This document shows positions 22,872 to 32,612 of a DNA stretch of 32,612 nucleotides, one piece after another. The position numbers and the translations under genes were made by a program. How positions within the stretch are numbered: the first letter of the stretch is position 1; every line of letters begins with the position of its first letter. The notes under the pieces are model-generated. The model did not search any database and had not been told where the DNA came from. It saw only the letters and a list, made by a program, of their open reading frames with translations. Source of the stretch: Ministeria vibrans ATCC 50519 (taxonomy: Eukaryota > Protista > Filasterea); contig CALSCP010001908.1 in the NCBI GenBank assembly GCA_943704425.1, forward strand, positions 1 through 32,612. The letters run 5' to 3'.

Positions 22872-24214
22872 TTAATCGACAAGTGTCTTTCGCGGCGCTT
22901 CTTTTTGCGTGAGGGGCAAAGCAAAACGCCAGTGACTGGGCCGACGACGAAAGGCAGATAAGAGAGCGACCAAGGCCATGGCGGCAAAAAGGGCGGGCGA
23001 GAGGCGCTGTTGAATACCAAAGAGAGCGGAGGGCGCAGTAAAGCTGAAGGACTGTGCAGGAGACACAGTCGTGCTGGCGTGTTGGTGGGTCATGAGCGCA
23101 CAGAGAGACGCAATGGCAGTCATAAGAATAGAAGGTAAATGGGTCCAGTGCCAGTGAAAGACAAGTGCCAGTGTCTGTACCGCATGGTGTGCGATCATGT
23201 ACAGGAACAGTCCGCTGAGGAGCGTCGTCGCCTCACGATGGCCGTGCGTGTGTCGAACCACCTACGCCGCAGCACATGCAATGGTGAGTGGATGAGGAGA
23301 CTATTATGGCGTACCTTTGCAAAGGGGTCGTGGTTGAAGAGAACCTCATCGAGAGCCGGGAAGGTGAGGGCGGACGCGCTGGTGTAAACGGCGACGGCAA
23401 GAATGACACTGGAGAGAGCGAGCAGGAGATCGATCGCAATAAAAATAGGCTCGCGCGTGTTGTGTTGCTGTTGGAAGGCGTGTGTTGTTGCTGCTGCTGC
23501 AGTTGTTGTCGTTGCTGTGCTGCCGGTGACCACAGAGTGGCGGGGTGTCGATGAGAGCGAGCTGCTCAGTGGGTCGTCGTCAAGGGACAGATGTCGCGCT
23601 TGCTCGACAAACGGGAGTGCCGTGAATCGCGGTGTTGATGCCCCGGCGACACGCTCTACGGGAGGCACTTCTCGTAGCTCTTGAGCAAGCACGGCCATGT
23701 TGGTGCGTGACTGGACTGCATTGGGCTGGCGGTACCGCTGGTGCAACGACGCCATCTGCTCCTCAAGCTCCATCAGGGAGTACGGGCGTGCCGCCACCAT
23801 GGCTTTCGACACAAGATGAGGATGGGCCAAAAAGGCCTCGGAGAGCTCTCGAAGAAAGGCAAAGCCAACGAGACGCGCGTAGTCGGCGTTGGGAAAGAGC
23901 ACAAGATAGACAAAGCCCGTGAGAACCTCGCTCAGAATCACAACAGCGTTGCCTTCATCGCCATTGTCGAGCGGTGTTCCGCTGGCGTCGTATGGCCCGG
24001 CCACAAACCTGCCCATGGCCGACGAGGAACCTTTACAGATGCTCTAGGGAGAGGAGGGGGGTGGTAAGAACGAGTCAAAGCCATAATTATCATGATCCTG
24101 GGTTCGGACCTTGATCTCTTTGGCGATTGCCGTTGGGAGCTGGTAGTCGCGACTTGCCGACGCACACAACTGGAGACCATCACTAGACCTTGCAACACAA
24201 GCGTACAATGACAT
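22872..24214 (-). CDS. SEC22A/SEC22C-type longin protein with no SNARE motif and ~4 C-terminal TM helices (~407 aa)
   Basis: Exons 24214-24110, 24043-23315, 23261-22872, all phase 0. Longin motifs ACVARSSDGLQLCAS, YARLVGFAFLRELSEAF, RPYSLMELE, QRYRQP. TM block QTLALVFHWHWTHLPSILMTAIASLC. Confidence 0.85.
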
Positions 24215-24376
24215 GCCAGAGAAGAAGACTGAGTGATCAGTGAATAGTCAATCGTGATTTGATTGATTGATTGATTGATTCTTCTGCTGTTAAATCTGCT
24301 ACAATCAACAGTTTCAACTTTCAACACACAAAGTTTGTACGAATAGACGTAAATACTTTGTCCCTCCGACAGCCAC

Positions 24377-24555
24377 ATGGACGACGATCCTCAGGGGTCC
24401 TTGGCGTCGCGCAAACCGCCAGTGCTGTTGCAGGGGCGTGCGCGCAAACGCTTCTTCTTTGGTCTGCTTGTCCTCCTTGGCGTTGTCGCCATTTGGGTCG
24501 GAAGCAGCGAACTCCAGCAGGTAGGACACGTATGTTGCTTCCACCGCCCTCTCAT

Positions 24556-24596
<41 letters not shown>

Positions 24597-26108
24597 TTTG
24601 CAGGTCATTTATGTGAACAATTTCAACAAACCCTTTTTCCTCACTTACTACTCGACCTCCATGTTCTGCATCTACTTCGTGGGCTTCCTCGTCAAGTCCT
24701 CTTGGCGCCGGCAATGTCGCGACTGGCTGTGCGCTCGACGAAGCGCGACACTCGTCGACAGCGATGCAGTCGAACGCGCCAACTTGATCAACAGAGATGA
24801 AGACGTTGAGTCGCCCGCCTCCTCGCAGGACGGACGCGACGACGATGGCCCCGCTAGCACCGGTCGCGATGGATCAGACGAACCCTCCGCTGCAACCACT
24901 CCGCGTGCCGCCTCAGAGACCCCCGTCGAGATGCTCACCATGGCCGAGACGGCACGCGCCGCCCTCATCTTCTGTCTCTTGTGGTTCGCCGCCAACTACA
25001 CCTTCAACCTGTCGCTCACCATGACCAGCGTCTCCTCAAACACCATCATTTCAAGCACATCCGGCTTCTTCACCCTCATTCTCGGTGCCCTTTTCGGTCG
25101 TTCCGTCGTCGAGCGCTTCTCCCTCATCAAACTCGTGTCCGTCGGTGTCAGGTTACACGCACGCACAAATTTTCCGCCTCTATCCTCCCTACCTCACACT
25201 TTTTATCCTCTCTACCTCACACTTTTATCCTCTCTACCTCACACTTTTTGTCCTCTCTACCTCACACTTTTTATCCTCTCTACCTCACACTTTTTATCCT
25301 CCCCACCTCACACACTCTCTCCTCTCACTTTATTGTTTCTCTCTCTATCACTTTATTCTCTTCATCTTATTCTTTCTTTTTTTGTAGTATTGGCGGTGTT
25401 GCCCTGGTGAGTTTGTCAGATACACGCAATGCGTCGTCAAGTGGCAGTGCACCGCTCACAGGCGATCTTATTGCGCTCGTGTCCGCCTTCCTCTACGGCG
25501 TCTACATGACCTTCCTGAAGCGCGCCGTGGAGACCGAAGACCGCGTCGACATGCCGCTCTTCTTTGGCTTTGTCGGTGCCTTCAATGTGGTTCTCATGCT
25601 TCCCTTTTTCTTCATTCTCAACGCAACCGGCCTCGAGGTGTTCGAGTGGCCGCCCGACGGCCGTGCCTGGGGCTTTCTCACGCTGTATGCCCTTGTCGGC
25701 ACGGTTCTCTCCGACTACCTCTGGTTGTGGAGCACCCTCCTGACGTCGCCTCTTATTGCCACCTTGGGCCTCAGCCTCACCATTCCCGTCGCTCTCACCG
25801 TTGACACCCTCCGAAAAGTCGTCCATCCAAACTGGCTGTATGGCGTTGGCACCCTCCTCGTCTTTGCTTCCTTCGTTGTCGTCAATCTAGCCTCCGTTTA
25901 CGATCTCTCCTGGTCTAACCTCGTCGTCCTTTGCCATCTCCCCTCCGCCTGTGTACCCCGTATACATGCACCATCCTCCTCGTCTTTGCCTCCTTCTCCG
26001 GGGGTCTCGCCCCACGATGACGACGACGTGACCAGTCGCACGAGCATTCCTATGCACGCCATCGCTCCGTCTTCTTCTGCGTCTCCATCTCGCTGCTGCG
26101 ATGCCTAA
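24377..26108 (+). CDS. SLC35F5: SLC35F5/Thi74-like EamA-type transporter (~470 aa)
   Basis: Exons 24377-24520, 24604-25151, 25388-26108. Motifs IWVGSSEL, FNKPFFLTY, FCLLWFAANY, TIISSTSGFFTL, GDLIALVSAFLYGVY, DMPLFFGFVG, GTVLSDYLW, TSPLIATLGLSLTIP. Confidence 0.9.
25181..25312. repeat. Minisatellite, ~6 copies of a 22-23 bp unit, in SLC35F5 intron 2
   Basis: Unit TATCCTCTCTACCTCACACTTTT with few substitutions. Confidence 0.9.
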
Positions 26109-26483
26109 ATTCTTTGTATCATACGTACACTGTATACAACAAAACAAACAACTTTATTCGAAATAGAATAGAATAAATTAATAATAAAATCAACTATCAC
26201 CTGATTCATGTCAGGGTGACAATGGATTTCATTGTCGCTGCTCAAACAACTTAGAGCGGTAATAAAATTTATAATTATATTGATCAAAAATTATAATGAA
26301 TATAAATTAATAATAATAATTAAACGCCGCCAAGCCAAAAGATGCTCAAATCCAGACCTGGGACACCCCGCGCTCTATGGCATTACCTATAATTTTTTGG
26401 AGTTCTTGGTGCGCCGCCTCGTTCACAATAATAATAATAATTATTATTATAAAAAGAAAATAATTAATAGAGAATCGAGTGCA

Positions 26484-26714
<231 letters not shown>

Positions 26715-26735
26715 TATTTTTTATTTTATTATTGT

Positions 26736-29700
26736 TTACATTTTCACAGGTCTCGCAATGTGCAATCGACCGGTCTCGGCCTCACACGCAACCACTGTGC
26801 CGTCGGCGGACACCGTCGCATGATTCACACGCACGGCACCCATCGTCATAACGTCCCACTGTCGCACCAGTCGGTTCCAGCGCAGCAGTGCACCCGTCGA
26901 GGTCCAGCACACCAGCTGGTGACGCGTCGCACACGCCACCCCGACAATCTTCTGGCCATCTGTGTTTGACTCATGCCAGTCGCCACTCAAATTCAACTGG
27001 TAGTACAGCGTGTGCCGATCGTCGACAAGGTACAACGAGTCGTCCGAGCCGGCCGCAAGCATCACGACGCGCTTCACACGGAAGGGCACGTTGAGCGTGT
27101 GCCAACGCCCGTCGCTGCTAGTATAACGCAATGCCGACGTGTTGTCTCGTGTGGTCGCCACCACAAGGCCACACCGACCCACACACAGGTTCGCCAGCGG
27201 CTCTACAGCCCCCGACGTGCCCCGTCGATCCATTTGCATCCACATTCCGCCGCTCCACCGCCGCGGTCGTCCAGCTCTGTCCAAGTACCACAACTCGCCA
27301 TCGCTCGACTGCGACACCCACGACGCCGCCATCACATCCGGGCCCACCGTCACCATGGCGTACCGGTGCCAGCGCATGCCATTCCACGACAAAATCGCTC
27401 CATCGCCACTGCGCACCGCCACACACTCGTCACCACGACCGCCCGACGATACCTGCTGAACTACGCAGCCTCGAGGTCCCTCGGGCTGCAAGCCCATTGG
27501 CACCGTAAACGTTCCGTGCGACACAATTTTGCGCATGTCCTCGCGCGTCGCCGTACGCATCACACCGTCCGCGCCCAGCGCCACAATCGTGTCGTTTCGA
27601 TCCACCGACACACGCTGTACACCCGTGAGACCAGGCACCAGGACCCACATGTCACCGTCGCCCAACTCGTACACCAAACCCAAGTCGGTCCAGCACACAA
27701 CCACACGCGCACCTGCCGCCACCCCGACGGGTGACATTTCCCCGCTGAGGTGGCGCCAGTCACCGTCAACAAAACGATACACTCGTCGCAGTCGGTTCAC
27801 GTTGTACATCGTGCCGTCCAGCGTCACCGCACACGACACACAGCGACCGCGCATCTCCTCAAAAGACGCCTCGCGACCGCATCGTTTCATCATGTTGCCC
27901 TCCGCATCAAACGTTAACACAAGCGAGTCGCTCGCAGCACACACAAACACTGCACTGACACCGGCAACGCACGTCCACTGAGGCAAACCACCACTGCCGC
28001 TTTGCAACAAAAGGGTGTCCATGTTCAGCCAGAACAGGCGACTGCGCTGGTCCGTCATCCACAGGTAGCGACCGTCGTGGGTCTGCGACACCGATGTGAC
28101 CATGCCAGGCAGGTTGCCCAGCTCGGTCCAGCCCGCAGCATCACTCTTGACGGCACCACCATCACCACACCACAGGTACATGCGACCTCGCTCGGTCACG
28201 CACACCACGCGCGTACCATCACCTGCAGCCACATGCTTCACACCGCGTCGCGACGCCACTGTACTCATATCCATTGTTGCATCGTAGGCAAGCAGCAGTT
28301 TCTCAAGCGCACGTTCCACGCCCCGCTTTGTCTCAAACTCCACAATCATCTCGTTGCCGGCTTCACGCTGATGAGCACTCAACAGTGTTGCGCGTCGCGC
28401 TCGTGCGTGGTTGCGCTGCGCCGACGACGCCAGTCCTGACAACACTGCACGACCATCGGCACGTTGCTGCGCGGCCGGCACTGCCGCTGTTGCTGCCGTC
28501 GCCGTCGTTGACGTCGTTGACGTCGCGGATCGCACACTTAACGATGATCCATGTGTGTCGAGCGCCTTGGAGGCGCGTCGTGTTGCTGCGACTTCAGAGT
28601 CACGAGACGACACGTGCGATGTCTCGTGGCCCACTACAAGATCAATGCACAACGGTGACATGGAGTCGAGTCGAGGACGCACCAGCAGCACCAACAACGA
28701 CGCATACGTGACCGTCCAGTCGTCCACCTGCAACAAGTCGCTCCCGCGCGACTCGGCAAGTTGCTTGCGCTTCGACGCGTCCAACCGCTCCAGCAACATA
28801 ACACGCTCGCTTGTCACAAAAAAGGCTGGTCCGTCGTGCGACACGCGCTCGCAATACACAAACAGCTCGCTGGGGCTCACCGTGCCCAGCTTCTGGAGCA
28901 TCTCCCAGCCAAGCGCTGCCTGTGCCGAATAATCTTCGAGCTTGCGCCCCAGCGGTACGTGGCGCGGTAGACGCTGACGTCGCACCTGTACTCCCGCAAT
29001 TTGACCGGGCAACATTGTCTTGACCGCGTCCAGTGTGCTCACCAGCGGTTTCACCAGCAGCCCAGTGCCGCCCTGAGCAACGCCACGCATGAATCCTCGG
29101 AATCCTTCGTTCTTGGCACCCTGGATGGGCGCCGTGACCACCCCCGTGAGTGACGACGCGAATCCCTTGAACATGGTCTTAAAACCGTGTCCGACGCGCT
29201 CCGACGTGCGTGTCAGCTGTTGCGCCGCAGCCTTGTCCGCGGCTCGCTCCTCCAGGTACGTGTGGTCCATGGTGGCGCGCGCAAGTGCACTCGATGCCGC
29301 ACCCGCCAGCAAACCAGTGGCAGCCAGCGGACTAAACGAGCTCACAAGCGCCTCACCGCCACGCTTGAGACCACTGCGGAAGCCCGCACCGTCGTGTCGC
29401 ACACCCATGATGGGCTCGTAAAAGAAATCCTTCACGCCCGTGCCCAGACCACTCAAAAGGGCCACAGGTGCAAGTACGTCAAGTGAGCCCACCACACGGA
29501 AAAGCTGGCGCATCGCCGCCTGACGATAGTGCTCGCCAAGGGCCACCAACAGCTCATTCGAACTGGTGCACACGTTGCGACGCTCGTGACCATTCAACTC
29601 GAGTCGAGTTGCCGACACGTCCGACGGAATTAGACTAAACACGTTGTGAACGTTGAAGCGGTGTCGCACTGCCTCGAGTCCCGGTGGAATCGACACCGCC

Positions 29701-32419
29701 TTGTCAAAGCTCAGCACAATCACAATGGGCTGCACATTCAACATCCAAATGTGAATGAGACTTGACGCATCCTTTGCCATCTCACAGTACGACAGCACGC
29801 CCGCCATTGGTACGCATGGCACTGACGTCGTCGTGGCTGCTGCGGTGGTGTCGTCCTCGTCGCTAACGACGCCAACCCAGCCAGAGCCATAGTTGGAACG
29901 GCTCGATATTGAGACACGCTTGGCTTCGACACGATATGTGTTGACAAACTCAAGAATCTGCAACAACTCCGTCTCCTCGATTTGCACACAAAGGCTCTGG
30001 CAGAGCAGATCGATGACGGGAAAGACTTGAACGCCGTGTGCAATGCGTCGCGACCGAGCAATGAACAGATGAAGAAAGGGAGGTGGTGCTGAGGCGCCTG
30101 TCGATGCAGACGTGGCGGGTCCCAAAGTGGCAGAGTTGGCAGGTGGAATAGCGCGAGACGTGACCGAGACTTGCGGGCGTCGCATGTCGTAGACACTAGT
30201 GTTGCGCGATGCCAGCGCAGCTGCGGCGACACCACCCGATGCCGTTGACGTTGTTGCTGTCGCTGTGTTTGTTGTCGTCGTCGTAGACGTAGTCGGCGAC
30301 GAGGCACCATTGTCCGTCGTCGTTCCAGATGCTGCATCCGTGGCAAGCACCGTGGGAAAAAGAAGGACAGGGTAGGGAACGGAGCGTGCAAGCATGTTGT
30401 CAATCTGCACCGACCCAATGTCCATCGTGACCATATCTTCGGCACTCGCTTCATACGCCACCAGCACATCGGTGAGACCCGCATAGAAGAGCTCGCGAGC
30501 AGTCAGATCCACAAGCGAGACGCCAATGCCGCGCGGCAGCGACACAACCACCTTGAAGAGCACCGTTGACAGTGCCTCGTCCGCCGACGCCGTCCCACGC
30601 CCCAACGACAAACTCGTCAGTGCGTCGACTTGAGTCGACGGTGTCGATGCTGCATCGCCCATGACATCACCTTCTCCGTTGTTTGCATCGGCATCAACAC
30701 GAGTGCCGCCACTGAGTAAGTTACTGAAGGCTGCATCGCGGATGTGCAACACGCGTGTCAAACCGTCCGCGCGCACTTCGCACTGCAACAGACCACTTCC
30801 AGGCACCGTCTTGACCACTTGAAAAGTCTGTACCAGTCCCACAGTGTCCGCGGGCGCTTCACTGCGCACCATCACACTCGATGGAACCACCGAGTGCGTG
30901 TCACCACCAGTACTACTGCCGAGTAGCACGCTAAGCAGAGACATCCGGAGCGAAAGATGAGGAAGACGACGATCGTGAGGCGACGACGGTTTGTCCAAAA
31001 GAACCACACGCCCACCGTCAATGGCCCACTTCGACGCACGCGTGCTGCCACCGTGACGCACCATCACCACACGAACCCCCTGCGCTGTGTCGATCGACGA
31101 AGTTCCGCCAGTGACGCTGAGTAGTCGTTTGGTCGCACGATTTTCAAGGTAGTGTCGATCAGTCAGACGCCACTGTTGCGCCTCTCGCTGTCGCGCCGCC
31201 ACATCCAATCGCACACCCGCATCCGCAAGCAAAATGGGAGCAGTGATGCGCGGCACTACCTCTTGTGGTGTCTGCCGACTGCTGCTGTTGCTGACACTGC
31301 CAGAGACGCTGGAAAGGAAGGCGGACGTGGAAGGAACAGTGGCTGCCAAGGGCGTGTCGGGCGAGTCCTCGAGTACTCGACTGCGACCCGCGTCGTCCTC
31401 AAACTGCAACATAAACCACAGCGGATAGCTAATCTCAACAGAGGTGTCGACAACATCGAGCGACACTTTTGTCGGCGGCGTGTCCGTCGTCGGCACAGGG
31501 TGATGTGGGGCCACCGCAGGCGAGACAGTCGCACTCTCCATCTGCGCACTGTTCACAGGCGTGAAGCAGAATTGCTGTCGGTCCGTCAACTCGGCAGAGG
31601 CTCGCATCAGCTGGACACCTTCCTTGCGACCAAGCGCAGACACCACCAGATCCGACGTCTTGCCACTGCGCAAATACCCATTGTCCACAATCCAATGTTG
31701 GTGGTACGCGTCACTCATAATAGGCAGGCGCGACACCACCCGCTGGCCCTCGTGCGCCTCTCCACATCCCTCCAGATCAAATACATGCCCATTGAATCGA
31801 TTCGTCAGCCGTCCGTCAGGCGAAAAGCGCCACATTTGCTTCGCAGCAGCTACAAAAACATTGATAAAAATCATTATTATTATTATTATAATAATAATAA
31901 TTAATAATAAGAGTTTTTTGTTATGTTTTCATACCTGCAGACTGCGTTGGAGAACGTCGAGTAATGGTGAGCGGGGAGTATTGGGTGTGGGTGGCGGGAA
32001 TGAACACGGTGCCTCGCGATGGCTCCACTTTGGTTTTGGATGGGTCACCCGCGACCGAGACCACCCAGCTCGAGAGGGTGTCACCAGATGATGTGCTCTC
32101 GCTCTCCGAACGCAGCTCAATGAAGTAGAACTCTTCCTGAGCATCGCGTGCTAGATCGGCCAAAGCCATGGCAGACGTCGCCAGCGCAACGTCAATCCCT
32201 TCAGGAGCGTGTTGGGGCACGGCGACATGCGAGAGCAGGGCCAAATCGGGGAACACATCAAGAATCAGTTGACTCGCGAGAGGGTCATCCGGGGCAAAGT
32301 CACCGTGGTCGTTGATGCTCACGCGCTCAAACGACATCTCTGCCATGCCGTGTTGTCGAAAGGCAAACGGCACGAGTGAACAGTTCTCCACGCGAATCGG
32401 TGGCGCGCCCAAATTCTCC
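26736..32419 (-). CDS. VPS13D: VPS13D-like lipid-transfer protein, C-terminal part (VAB end, 2 ricin-type domains, VPS13_C/ATG2_C, PH-like, tectonin-like tail); 5' end lies beyond the right edge
   Basis: Exons 32419-31935 and 31849-26736. Motifs PPIRVENCSLVPFAFRQ (VAB), QMWRF/QHW and QQWRL ricin-type repeats, PGSGLLQCEVRADGLTRVLHIRD (VPS13D-like), GIGVSLVD..RELFYA, VQIDN...YPVLL, HYRQ....LFRVVGSLDVL, LGTGVKDFFYEP, TMDHTY, GVVTAPIQGA..EG..GF..G...G..GLLVKP, RQRLPR. Confidence 0.9.
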
Positions 32420-32486
32420 CTAGAAAAACATTATTATTTTGAATATAATTAGTAAGATTGGCAGTCTGTTGAAAATAAAATTAATA

Positions 32487-32612
<126 letters not shown>

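Noticed and set aside
25181-25312. Regularly spaced repeats as a CRISPR array
   Set aside because: They are head-to-tail units with no unique spacers, inside a eukaryotic intron, with no cas genes.
26094-26108. C-terminal CCDA of SLC35F5 as a prenylation (CaaX) signal
   Set aside because: Asp at the a2 position is unfavourable and nothing else supports it.
26355-26392. TPP-riboswitch-like words (GGTAATGCC, GGGGTG) near a Thi74/SLC35F5-like gene
   Set aside because: They are in the wrong order, on the strand opposite SLC35F5, and the CUGAGA and CCUGAU motifs are absent.

Overview
Gene-dense eukaryotic nuclear DNA with short GT-AG introns (mostly 46-105 nt, some inflated by microsatellites), two 10-N assembly gaps and short intergenic spacers. 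It probably comes from a flagellated unicellular eukaryote with an animal-like gene set; the taxon is inferred and cannot be proven from this window. Manual splicing gives 12 protein-coding genes and one tRNA. In order: acetyl-CoA synthetase with a mitochondrial-type presequence (-, runs off the left edge); tRNA-Thr(AGT) (-); SMIM7 (+, 3 exons, missed by the ORF track); TMEM237-like (-); a ~1750-aa class C (GABA-B-like) GPCR with a jelly-roll + EGF + RCC1 + Calx-beta ectodomain and no Venus flytrap (-); HHAT/GUP1-type MBOAT (+); orphan polyQ protein (-); CLC-3/4/5-type Cl-/H+ exchanger (+); YeeE/YedE sulfur transporter (-); purple acid phosphatase (-); NUDT8-like Nudix (+); SNARE-less SEC22A/C-type longin (-); SLC35F5-like transporter (+); and the 3' part of a VPS13D-like gene with two ricin-type domains and an extra ~12-repeat tectonin-like tail (-, runs off the right edge). 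The two edge genes are partial; counting both, there are 13 CDS entries. Best leads: the chimeric class C GPCR (head-to-head with the MBOAT), the VPS13D-tectonin fusion, the SEC22A/C and SMIM7 orthologues in an apparently non-animal genome, and several unexplained structured GC-rich intergenic islands, two with Sm-site-like motifs. Family assignments come from recalled motifs; no database search was run.
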